A DNA stretch of 64,000 nt from Nitrospirota bacterium (GTDB lineage Bacteria; Nitrospirota; Thermodesulfovibrionia; Thermodesulfovibrionales; JdFR-86). Shown here one piece after another: positions 37,366 through 46,345 of the stretch. Within the stretch, counting starts at the first letter, position 1. Every line of letters starts with the position of its first letter. Made by a program: the position numbers and the translations under genes. Under the pieces are notes generated by a model. It did no database searches. It was not told where the DNA came from and saw only the letters and a program-made list of their open reading frames with translations. The DNA lies in the NCBI GenBank assembly GCA_963721805.1, contig CAVRJY010000001.1, positions 864,001 to 928,000 of the forward strand. The letters are read 5' to 3'.

Positions 37366-38546
37366 TCAACCGAGACAAGTGCACCGGGTGCGAGAGCTGC
37401 ATAGCGGTATGCCCGTTTGACGCGATCAAGATGGAGGGCGGCAAGGCCCTTATAAATGAATACTGCCAGGCATGCAGCGCCTGCATCGAGACCTGCCCGG
37501 AGGGCGCGATATCCCGCGTGGACGAGGCACCGGCGGCCGACGCGGCATCGCTGGACTCGTACCGGGGAGTATGGGTGTTCGCCGAGCAGCGCGACGGCCA
37601 TCTCGCCCACGTCGGCGTGGAACTCCTCGGCGCGGGCCGGAAGCTCGCGGATAGATTAGGCGTCGAACTAGCTGCGGTGCTCTTCGGCGCGCCGCGCGAG
37701 GCTGCCGAAGAGCTGACAAGGTGGGGCGCGGACAAGGTATACCACGCGCCTGACGACTCCCTGCGCGCGTTTAACGACGAGCCGTACGCCGAGCTGCTGA
37801 TAAAGCTGATCAAGACATACAAGCCCGAGGCGGTGCTATCGGGCGCGACACCCATCGGCAGGTCGTTTATGCCGCGCGTCGCGTCGCGCGTGCGCACCGG
37901 ACTGACCGCCGACTGCACGCAGCTTGGGGTCGACGACGGCTCTCGCAACCTGCTTCAGATCCGGCCCGCATTCGGCGGCAACATCATGGCCACGATCATG
38001 TGCCCGAACAACAGGCCCCAGATCGCTACAGTCAGGCCGCGCGTGATGAAGCCCAACGAGTACGACGCCTCGCGCACCGGCACGATAGTCGAGGTCGACG
38101 CAAGCGGGCTTAAGTCCCGCACCAAGGTGATAGAGACCGTAAAAGAGGTCGAAGAAAACGCATGCAGCCTGCAGGACGCACCGGTCATCGTATCGGGCGG
38201 ACGCGGCCTGGGCGGCCCCAAGGGGTTCGAGATGCTTCGCGAGCTCGCCGAGCTTCTGGGCGGGACTGTCGGATCTTCACGCGCAGCGGTGGACGAGGGC
38301 TGGATAGCGTACCGCCATCAGGTCGGGCAGACCGGCAAGACCGTATGCCCGCGCATCTATATCGCGTGCGGCATCTCGGGCGCGGTGCAGCACCTCGTGG
38401 GGATGCAGTCTTCGGACATCATCATCGCGATCAACAACAACCCGGAGGCCCCGATCTTCAAGGTCGCGACACTAGGCATAGTCGGCGATCTCTACGAGGT
38501 CATCCCGGCGCTGATCCGCAGGATCAAGCAGGAAAAGGGCGCATGA
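37353..38546 (+). CDS. etfA: Electron transfer flavoprotein alpha subunit with N-terminal 2x[4Fe-4S] ferredoxin domain
   Basis: CTGCESCIAVCP and CQACSACIETCP; TGLTADCT, RPAFGGN, SGGRG, QVGQTG, GISGAVQH. Confidence 0.95.
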   Translation: MAIIVNRDKCTGCESCIAVCPFDAIKMEGGKALINEYCQACSACIETCPEGAISRVDEAPAADAASLDSYRGVWVFAEQRDGHLAHVGVELLGAGRKLADRLGVELAAVLFGAPREAAEELTRWGADKVYHAPDDSLRAFNDEPYAELLIKLIKTYKPEAVLSGATPIGRSFMPRVASRVRTGLTADCTQLGVDDGSRNLLQIRPAFGGNIMATIMCPNNRPQIATVRPRVMKPNEYDASRTGTIVEVDASGLKSRTKVIETVKEVEENACSLQDAPVIVSGGRGLGGPKGFEMLRELAELLGGTVGSSRAAVDEGWIAYRHQVGQTGKTVCPRIYIACGISGAVQHLVGMQSSDIIIAINNNPEAPIFKVATLGIVGDLYEVIPALIRRIKQEKGA

Positions 38547-39478
38547 AGATCGCGTTCGTATTCCCCGGCCAGGGCTCGCAGAAGGTCGGGATGGGCAGGG
38601 ACCTCTTCGACGGCTACGACAAGGTGCAGGCGCTTTACGAGCGCGCGTGCGAGGCGCTGAATTTCGATATCGCGGGGCTGAGCTTCAACGGGCCCGAGGC
38701 CGAACTCAACCAGACGATGCGCACGCAGCCTGCACTGGTCGCGGCGAGCACCGCGGCGTATGCCGTGCTGCTCGGAAGCGGGATCAAGCCGGACGTCGTC
38801 GCGGGCCACAGCCTCGGCGAATACTCCGCGCTCGTCGCGGCGGGCGTGCTTAATTTCGCTGATGCGCTTAAGGTCACGGAGCTTCGCGGCAGGCTCATGC
38901 AGGAGGCGGTGCCCGAGGGCAAAGGGCTGATGGCGGCCGTGCTCGGCATGGGGCGCGAGGTACTGATCGAGGCATTAAAAGAGGTCAAGAGCGGATATGT
39001 CGCCCCTGCGAACTTCAACTGTCCCGGCCAGATCGTGATCTCAGGCGAGCGCGTTGCTGTCGAGGAGGCGATGGAGGTCTTGAAGGCTCGCGGGGCCAAG
39101 CGCGTGATCGCGCTTTCTGTAAGCGTGCCCTCGCACAGCAAACTGATGGACGAGGCCTCGAAGAAGCTCTCGGAGCATCTCTTTTTGGGCGATATCGAGG
39201 TGCGCGAGCCGAGGGTGCCGGTCGTCTGCAACTCCGACGCGATATTTTTAAGCACCACGGACGGGATCAAGGCCGCGCTCGTCAAGCAGTTAAACTCCCC
39301 CGTGCTCTGGGAGGACTCCGTGGCCGCGATGGTCAACTCCGGCGTAGATACCTTCATCGAGGTCGGCCCCGGCAAGGTCCTCTGCGGGCTTATAAGGAAG
39401 TGCAACCCCGACGTCCGGACGCTAAACGTCGAGGACCGCGCGAGCCTGGAGAAGACGCTCGCCGAACTCGCGGCTTAA
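38543..39478 (+). CDS. fabD: Malonyl-CoA:ACP transacylase
   Basis: FPGQGSQ, TQPAL, AGHSLGEY, NFNCPGQIV, SVPSHS, EVGPGKVL. Confidence 0.95.
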   Translation: MKIAFVFPGQGSQKVGMGRDLFDGYDKVQALYERACEALNFDIAGLSFNGPEAELNQTMRTQPALVAASTAAYAVLLGSGIKPDVVAGHSLGEYSALVAAGVLNFADALKVTELRGRLMQEAVPEGKGLMAAVLGMGREVLIEALKEVKSGYVAPANFNCPGQIVISGERVAVEEAMEVLKARGAKRVIALSVSVPSHSKLMDEASKKLSEHLFLGDIEVREPRVPVVCNSDAIFLSTTDGIKAALVKQLNSPVLWEDSVAAMVNSGVDTFIEVGPGKVLCGLIRKCNPDVRTLNVEDRASLEKTLAELAA

Positions 39479-39504
39479 TACAACACATACTGGAGGCGGC
39501 AATC

Positions 39505-39996
39505 ATGCATATCAAGGGCAGGATCTGGAAGTTCGGAGACAACATAGACACGGACGCGATCATCCCGGCGCGGTACCTCAACACATCGGACCCGAAGGAA
39601 CTGGCGGCCCATGTGATGGAGGACGCGGACGCGGACTTCCCCAGGAAGGTCAAGCCGGGCGACATCATCGTCGGCGGGTCGAACTTCGGCTGCGGCTCGT
39701 CTAGAGAGCACGCGCCGCTTGCGATCAAGACCGCCGGGATCGCGGCCGTCATAGCCAAGAGCTACGCGCGCATATTCTACCGCAACGCATTCAATATCGG
39801 GCTGCCGATCTTCGAGGCCCCGGACATGCCGGACGCGGTCGCCGAGGGCGACGTGCTCGATCTCGACGCGGAGGCCGGGGTAGTGAAGGACATCACCAAG
39901 GGCACGTCGTACAAGGTCTCGCCGATACCCCCGTTCATGCAGGAGCTGATCTCCGCTGGCGGCCTCATCGAGTGGACCAAGAAAAAAATAGCATAA
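39505..39996 (+). CDS. leuD: 3-isopropylmalate dehydratase small subunit
   Basis: GDNIDTDAIIPARYL, NFGCGSSREHA, ARIFYRNAFNIG. Confidence 0.93.
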   Translation: MHIKGRIWKFGDNIDTDAIIPARYLNTSDPKELAAHVMEDADADFPRKVKPGDIIVGGSNFGCGSSREHAPLAIKTAGIAAVIAKSYARIFYRNAFNIGLPIFEAPDMPDAVAEGDVLDLDAEAGVVKDITKGTSYKVSPIPPFMQELISAGGLIEWTKKKIA

Positions 39997-40075
39997 GATA
40001 GCGCTCGAAATTCTCGCTTCGCTCGTATTTCGAGCGGGGCGCTGAAGATAAATCTCGATCTGAAAGGGACTCAGG

Positions 40076-41134
40076 ATGAAGACATACAAGATAGCGGTAG
40101 TGGCGGGCGACGGCACAGGCCCGGAGGTCGTGGCAGAGGGCCTGAAGGTCCTGGACGTGGTATCGAAAAAGTTCGGGTTCAAGCTCGACCTTACGCACTT
40201 CGACTTCGGCGGCGAGCGCTACCTGCGCACGAACGAGGTGCTGCCGGCCTCGGCGATTGACGACCTCCGCAAGTTCGACGCGATATTCCTAGGCGCGATC
40301 GGCCACCCGGACGTGAAGCCCGGCATATTGGAGAAGGGCATCCTGCTGAAGCTCCGCTTCGAACTCGACCAGTACATAAACCTCCGCCCGGTCAAGCTAT
40401 ACCCCGGCGTGGACTGCCCTCTGAAGGGCAAGGGGCCGGAGCACATAGACTTCGTCGTGGTGCGCGAGAACACCGAGGGGCTATACGCGGGCGCGGGCGG
40501 TTTCCTTAAGAAGGGCACGCCGGATGAGATCGCCACGCAGGAGTCGATAAACACGCGCAAGGGCGTGGATAGGTGTCTCAAGTATGCGTTTGAGTACACG
40601 AAGAAGCGCAACAAGGACAACAAGCTCACGCTCTGCGGCAAGACGAACGTGCTTACGTTCGCGTTCGACCTCTGGATGCGCGCGTTCAACGAGATGGCCA
40701 CGGCGTATCCGGGCATCACGGCCAACTACGCGCACGTCGACGCGATCACGATGTGGTTCGTCAAGAACCCCGAATGGTTCGACGTGATCGTCACCGACAA
40801 CATGTTCGGGGACATCATCACGGATTTAGGCGCGATGATACAGGGCGGCATGGGCATCGCTGCGGGCGGCAACATCAACCCCGAGGGCGTCTCGATGTTC
40901 GAGCCGATCGGCGGCTCGGCCCCGAAGTACAGGGGATTAAACGTGATCAACCCGCTCGCGGCCATATGCGCCGGGGGGATGATGCTCACGCACCTTGGCG
41001 AGGAGAAGGCTGGGGCGGCCATCGAGGCCGCCGCGATGGAAGTGACCGGAAAGCACATCAAGGACCTCGGCGCGGGCAAGATGGGGATGTCTACCACGCA
41101 GGTCGGCGACCTTGTCGCCAAGCTCGTAAGCTAA
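40076..41134 (+). CDS. leuB: 3-isopropylmalate dehydrogenase
   Basis: [41 protein letters not shown]; follows leuD. Confidence 0.9.
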   Translation: MKTYKIAVVAGDGTGPEVVAEGLKVLDVVSKKFGFKLDLTHFDFGGERYLRTNEVLPASAIDDLRKFDAIFLGAIGHPDVKPGILEKGILLKLRFELDQYINLRPVKLYPGVDCPLKGKGPEHIDFVVVRENTEGLYAGAGGFLKKGTPDEIATQESINTRKGVDRCLKYAFEYTKKRNKDNKLTLCGKTNVLTFAFDLWMRAFNEMATAYPGITANYAHVDAITMWFVKNPEWFDVIVTDNMFGDIITDLGAMIQGGMGIAAGGNINPEGVSMFEPIGGSAPKYRGLNVINPLAAICAGGMMLTHLGEEKAGAAIEAAAMEVTGKHIKDLGAGKMGMSTTQVGDLVAKLVS

Positions 41135-41157
41135 ATTTAAGTTACCTTATCCATGCA

Positions 41158-41187
41158 GGGCCGGGATTATCTCCCGGCCTTTTTTTT
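41158..41187 (+). terminator. Intrinsic terminator after leuB
   Basis: GGCCGGGA-TTATC-TCCCGGCC followed by T8. Confidence 0.8.
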
Positions 41188-41201
41188 GCGCTCGCAATGG
41201 A

Positions 41202-41230
41202 TTGACACGAATCAGATGGAGTGCTAGGGT
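41202..41230 (+). promoter_or_regulatory. sigma70-type promoter of ygiD
   Basis: TTGACA-N17-TAGGGT with TG at the extended -10 position. Confidence 0.5.
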
Positions 41231-41236
41231 TATGCC

Positions 41237-42016
41237 ATGGATAAGCCTATGCCAGCGGTCTTCGTCGGACACGGCAACCCGATGAACGCATTATACGAAA
41301 ATGCCTATACCGAGGGCTGGGCATCTATCGGCAGTTCGATGCCCCGGCCCAAGGCGATTCTGTCGGTATCGGCCCACTGGTTCATACCCGCGACCGAGGT
41401 GACGGTCAGCGCTACCCCGCGCACGATCCACGACTTCGGCGGTTTCCCCGACGAGCTGTTTGAGATGAAATATCCCGCCCCCGGCTCTCCGGGGCTTGCG
41501 TCGCGCGTCAGAGACATGCTCGCGCCCGTGGCGGTCGGGCTGAGCGTGGAGTGGGGACTGGACCACGGGACATGGACCGTCCTGCACCATATGTTTCCGA
41601 AGGCCGACATACCCGTCATCCAGCTCAGCATCGACGAGGCGAAACCTCCGGCGTTCCATTATGAGATCGGCAAGCGTCTTGGGTCATTGCGGGAAGAGGG
41701 CGTGCTGATCATCGGCAGCGGCAACGTAGTCCACAACCTGCATTCCTATGCGTGGGGCCAGCAGGGGGGCAAGGCGTACGACTGGGCCGTGCGGTTTGAA
41801 CACAGGGTGCGGGAGCTTATCGTCAAGGGCAACGATGCGCACGTTGTCGAGTATGAGAAGATGGGCCGTGACGCGATGCTCTCGGCCCCGACGCCGGACC
41901 ACTATCTCCCCTTGCTGTATGTGCTCGGCCTGCGCAGGGCGGGAGACGCGATCAGTTTTCCGGTAGTGGGGACGGATGGGGGGTCGGTTTCGATGTTAGC
42001 GGTGCAATTAGGGTAA
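41237..42016 (+). CDS. ygiD: 4,5-DOPA dioxygenase extradiol (LigB family)
   Basis: FVGHGNPMN, SAHW, TIHDFGGFP, GLDHGTW, GSGNVVHNL, PTPDHYLP. Confidence 0.9.
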   Translation: MDKPMPAVFVGHGNPMNALYENAYTEGWASIGSSMPRPKAILSVSAHWFIPATEVTVSATPRTIHDFGGFPDELFEMKYPAPGSPGLASRVRDMLAPVAVGLSVEWGLDHGTWTVLHHMFPKADIPVIQLSIDEAKPPAFHYEIGKRLGSLREEGVLIIGSGNVVHNLHSYAWGQQGGKAYDWAVRFEHRVRELIVKGNDAHVVEYEKMGRDAMLSAPTPDHYLPLLYVLGLRRAGDAISFPVVGTDGGSVSMLAVQLG

Positions 42017-42104
42017 ATACACTCACTGCGTCGCCTTTTCCAAAGCGCGCCAAATCGCTTGATACTGCGTCACGCCTCACAGCCCGATCCTCAACGTATG
42101 TCCA

Positions 42105-42604
42105 TGCCCACTTCTCAAGACGCTTCAGCCTTAGCCCCTTCGTCTCGATGCCGTGCCGCAGCCATACGCCCCTCACTCCGCCCTGACTTATCGTAATACC
42201 CAGCTTGTTTAGCTCGTTTGCCGTGCGCATCCGTGCGTGCGTGGGCTGCTCAAGCGAGTACGATAGAACCTTCGCCTCTATCTCCGGGGCAACCCGGTTT
42301 CCGATGCGGGGCATGCTGCGCGTCTTCTCGATCAGCCCTTCAAGCCCCTCTTCGGCTATCGCGTCCTTGATGTCGTAGAAGTGCTGGCGTCTGATGCCGA
42401 GCATCCGGCAGGCAAGGGATATGTTTCCGAGCGTCGCGCCAAGTTCCAGAATGTTGAGCTTGCGGCTGATGATATACTGTCTCTGAGCCATGGTCTTCCT
42501 TCTCGGTTAAGTTTGTTTGGGCAAACTATCTTAACCGGAAGGCCATGGCTCCTTGAACCTCCAAAGAGCCCTAAACTGTCAACGCTTTTCTAGATTAGTG
42601 CACA
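42105..42604 (-). mobile_element. IS481-family insertion sequence remnant (left end plus N-terminal HTH part of transposase, no DDE domain)
   Basis: KLNILELG..LGNISLACRMLG..RQHFY, ..ANEL...ISQGGVRGVWLRH...RLKRLE; minus-strand end TGTGCACTAATCTAGAAAAGCGTTGACA; hairpin covering the start codon. Confidence 0.7.
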
Positions 42605-42716
42605 TTCTACCCTTTCCATCTGTTGCGCTCACTTCAAATAGAGAAATGCTAGCCCCCTTGTTTCCATCACCAACAACACACACGCAACGCAACCAAATTA
42701 ACCTTATGAGTCAAGG

Positions 42717-42801
42717 TGGTGCGAGAGAGGGGAGTCGAACCCCTACGGTGTTACCCATTGGATCCTAAGTCCAACGCGTCTGCCAGTTCCGCCACTCTCG
42801 C
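42717..42801 (-). tRNA. tRNA-Leu (anticodon TAG)
   Basis: GCGAGAG acceptor stem, TGGCGGAACTGGCAGAC D-arm, TTGGA-CTTAGGA-TCCAA anticodon arm, long variable arm, GGTTCGACTCC, CCA end. Confidence 0.95.
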
Positions 42802-42859
42802 TGCATGATTTTATAGGTTTATTCAGCCTACGGTCAAACGTCTACTCCCCGACCGCGAG

Positions 42860-43665
42860 CTACACATACGACGCGAACGGAAAAACTATTGCAATACAGG
42901 GGCAGGTTGCGGTATCTTTGGGGATGGCGCTGCGGGGAGAAAGAACTACGACCAGTTATATATATGACGGCTGGGACATCGTGCAGGAGAGGCAGGACGA
43001 TCAGGTGAAGTGGAACTATCTGAGGAGCCTGAACATCGACGAGCCATTGGCCCGCATCGGCTTCGACAATACGACCGAATACTACCATGCCGATCACCTC
43101 GGAACGCATCACCTCGATAACGGATGAAACCGGCGTCGTTAAGACCCAATATGCATACTCGCCTTTCGGCGAGCCCATGATGAACGGTGCCGCATCCGAT
43201 AATGCGTTCCAGTACACAGGCCGCGAGAACGACGGCACCGGGCTAACATATTACCGCTACCGCTACTACAACTCCGCGCTAGGCAGGTTCATCTCCGAAG
43301 ACCCGATAGGGTTAAGGGGCGGGGTAAATTACTTCCGATATGCCGCGAATAATCCCCTACTCTATCGAGACCCGCTTGGGTTGACCAATTGGGGTAAAGT
43401 TGGAACTGGAACACTAGCTGGACTTCAAGGCCTTGGCACATTCGGCTTTGGTGTTGCAGTAGGAATCTATGGCTACGGTGAGATAGCTGAAGGTTTTGCA
43501 TTAGGCGGACCACTTGGTGGATTAGCTATGTTGTACGGATTAGGCAATATAGGGCATATATTTGGACTGAGTGGAATGTTGGGGGCTTTAGGCGGAGGTG
43601 AGGTTATTTTTGGAGTGAATATGATACTTGATGGTCTAGCAGAGCCGGATGGTGGTTGTCATTAA
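42860..43665 (+). pseudogene. Rhs repeat-associated core remnant with Gly-rich hydrophobic C-terminal extension
   Basis: YTYDANG, YIYDGWDIVQE, LNIDEPLAR, YYHADHLG, frameshift near 43105, then YAYSPFGE, FQYTGREND.TGLTYYRYRYY, GRFISEDPIG, DPLGL. Confidence 0.85.
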
Positions 43666-43689
43666 CGCCTCAGAATCACAAGCATCGAA

Positions 43690-44643
43690 ATGAGATGGTT
43701 CAGAACAGTCTGGGGCTGGCTGGATGTCGCGATATTGGGCTTGATTATTGTGTATTTTATTCTCATGTGGAATGAATATCCTCTTACTCTCGGCGGCTCG
43801 ATAGTGTTTATTACGCTGATCGCATTAAATTGTTTTTTCTCTACGTTACGAATAGTGAATCCATGGTTTCTTACAACTTTCTCGATGATGCTCTTATTAT
43901 TTATGAGTATTAATCACGTTGCTTATTTGGAATCACTACATGGTGTTCAGAGTTCTTATATCCCATGGTATATTTGTCTTGGCTATATAATGTTTCATGT
44001 ATATAGCATATCGGTTTGTCTTTCTATTGGCTCAGGATCTGAGAGAAGGAGTGAGAGTGAAATTGGTTTGCGCAAGAGTATTACTATCCGCATCCTTATG
44101 AAAGTATTTTTTCCTTATCTAATTGGAGCTCTTGTTACTGGTGCAGTTTTTTTAGTTTATGCCCATAGAGAAGCATTCACTGTGAAGCTATCACTCATGA
44201 AACATTATCTTTTTTGGTTTATTGTGGGGCAGGCATGGGTCCTGATTGCAAATAGAAAAGAGATTGATTGGGCATTCTCAAAACTTACCATTGAAAAGTC
44301 GGCGCTAAGGATTCGTAATCCACGCAAGATATTTATTGTTTTTGCACTTGCCACCTTATTCATAGGGAGCGCGTTTGAAATGATGCGAGGTCTCTGGTTT
44401 GTATGGTTTGGGACATGGCTTGCTGTAACTCTAATGGTTATGAACTACTGGAGAATGTGGAAATATTCTCTTTCTGAGAATAATAAATACACATACGAAT
44501 CTATTGATAATAATCGACTTGACACAATGGGAAACGAATTCGAATTAGTTAAATATCTTATTCGATTTGTGGTCATTGGTGCTCTGCTAGGAACAGCATA
44601 CATGCTTATATTGGCTGTCCTGCTGGTAAAACATATGTATTAA
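43690..44643 (+). CDS. Low-GC multi-pass membrane protein, candidate Rhs immunity protein
   Basis: About 9 hydrophobic segments; strongly AT-rich relative to the window; immediately downstream of the Rhs C-terminus. Confidence 0.6.
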   Translation: MRWFRTVWGWLDVAILGLIIVYFILMWNEYPLTLGGSIVFITLIALNCFFSTLRIVNPWFLTTFSMMLLLFMSINHVAYLESLHGVQSSYIPWYICLGYIMFHVYSISVCLSIGSGSERRSESEIGLRKSITIRILMKVFFPYLIGALVTGAVFLVYAHREAFTVKLSLMKHYLFWFIVGQAWVLIANRKEIDWAFSKLTIEKSALRIRNPRKIFIVFALATLFIGSAFEMMRGLWFVWFGTWLAVTLMVMNYWRMWKYSLSENNKYTYESIDNNRLDTMGNEFELVKYLIRFVVIGALLGTAYMLILAVLLVKHMY

Positions 44644-44964
44644 TCGCTGTTACCTCTACCACTACATACCCTGGAAGCTACAACTGTAGCGCGCCGTCCG
44701 AATAACCATAGGGAACATCCCGCACGGGGAACATAAGCTAGACCTACGACTCGATGGACCGACGTAGGGTTCAGATTAATACCCCACGCAACAGCTCAGT
44801 TGTGCATTGCCTCAACCGTGACCAAAACGTGACAGAATATATCTGAACGGACAGACAATACGGCAATGGGCAGAAAGGACAGAACGGCGGACTATCCTTT
44901 CCTGAAGCCATATTATGAAATTTACCAAGCTGGAGGCCCAGTTACGAATTTAGTCGTTTTAGGT

Positions 44965-45005
44965 TCCTAAGTCCAGCGCGTCTGCCAGTTCCGCCACTCT
45001 CGCTG
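44965..45005 (-). repeat. Direct repeat of the 5' half of tRNA-Leu (att-like site)
   Basis: TCCTAAGTCCA(G/A)CGCGTCTGCCAGTTCCGCCACTCTCGCTG matches 42763-42803 at 40/41. Confidence 0.9.
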
Positions 45006-45240
45006 TGTGATTTTAAAGGATATTTAAAAGCGATAGCAAATGCCTCCAGCATTTCTCCAGTAGACGCGAGCGCAAGGAACAAAACAATAATTGAGCCTGC
45101 GCATAGAATATTCCGCGGACGCTTTCTCTGGGAACCAGCAGGCTCGAATTGACTAATGGACATTTGAGGACGTGACCTGCATGGCCTCGAGTTTAAACAA
45201 GTGCAAGTGCTTATAGGCTAGCGAACGGTCGAGGAATGAC

Positions 45241-46326
45241 TCAGGAAGGCAGGCGTGAGCTAGAGACAGTGGGCTTCAGTCCCATATGTTTTTCGAAATA
45301 ATCGCTCCAGTGCGTTACGAAGGCCGCATGGCTGTAAATCTTGGCGGTCGCCAGGCCTTCGGCCACGAGCCGCTGTGCATATGCGCCATCAGACAACACG
45401 TTAGCCGCCTTGTCGCACAGGCCGTCAAAATCAGGGTATCCCGTAACCTCACAGTTTACCCCAGGCAGCATGAACTCGGTGCCTCCGCAGCCGTGGAAAC
45501 CGATGACCGTGCAGCCGCACGCCATCGCCTCAAGGGGCATAAGGCTAAACCCCTCGCAAGTCATCAGCGACAGGACGTACCGGTGTTCGGACATCAGCTT
45601 AAGGAGCTCATCTTGCGTTATCCTCGGAGGCGGATACGTGACGGAAAACTCAGCCTGGGGGTGGCGCGCCCTCATGGTGTCTTTAAAACGCTGCAAAAAC
45701 AGCCCGGAGTATGACTTGTTCAGGGCCAGGATGCTTCCGGGCGGCCTTTGGTCCCACGGTTTTCCCTTAGGCATATCGCCGGTGATATAGGCCGGGATGA
45801 CAGGGGCGTCTATGCCGTAAGTGGTCTCGATAAAACGCTTTACGAAGCCCGAGACACAGACATAGTAATCGAAAAAGCCGTCCAGGACGTTATACGTTGT
45901 GAACGCCTGGATATACATCAGTTTGCGTCCTGGCAGCCTGAGCCCCATCATCAGACTCGAGCAGCTCGATGGTGCAAGGATGATATCTTTCTCGGTGACG
46001 GCGTCTTCCATCTCTTCGATGGTTATCGACTCAAACTGGTGCCTATAATGGAAAATGTTTTTGGCCGTATTTTGCTTTTTCGCTTTCCGCTTCTCCGCCT
46101 TTAAAACCACGAAGCATTGGCTGCCAAACCGCTCGTATAGTATGCACCCGAGCTGATAGATCATATAATTGCCGCCATAGGGCATGTAGCCGTTCATGAT
46201 GAAGACCCTCATGCCGTTTTCTGGTGGTGCCGGGATCCGCCTGTTTTCCCGCCGCCGCTTAAGCGGGAAGCGCAGGAGCCGTTGCATTATCGCTGCTAAT
46301 TTATTCAAGCCGGATTTGCGCTTCAT
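45241..46326 (-). CDS. Glycosyltransferase, GT4-like C-terminal domain
   Basis: PYGG at N-terminus, EGFSLMPLEAMACGCTVIG. Confidence 0.75.
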   Translation of the reverse strand: MKRKSGLNKLAAIMQRLLRFPLKRRRENRRIPAPPENGMRVFIMNGYMPYGGNYMIYQLGCILYERFGSQCFVVLKAEKRKAKKQNTAKNIFHYRHQFESITIEEMEDAVTEKDIILAPSSCSSLMMGLRLPGRKLMYIQAFTTYNVLDGFFDYYVCVSGFVKRFIETTYGIDAPVIPAYITGDMPKGKPWDQRPPGSILALNKSYSGLFLQRFKDTMRARHPQAEFSVTYPPPRITQDELLKLMSEHRYVLSLMTCEGFSLMPLEAMACGCTVIGFHGCGGTEFMLPGVNCEVTGYPDFDGLCDKAANVLSDGAYAQRLVAEGLATAKIYSHAAFVTHWSDYFEKHMGLKPTVSSSRLPS

Positions 46327-46345
46327 ATGCGGTTGAAGGCTGCAT

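Noticed and set aside
42553..42768. 71-aa ORF here and 73-aa ORF at 44942-45163
   Set aside because: They run across the IS end and tRNA, or the tRNA half-repeat; spurious.
44965..45003. Second functional tRNA-Leu
   Set aside because: Similarity ends at the anticodon loop; no 3' anticodon stem, T-arm or acceptor end.
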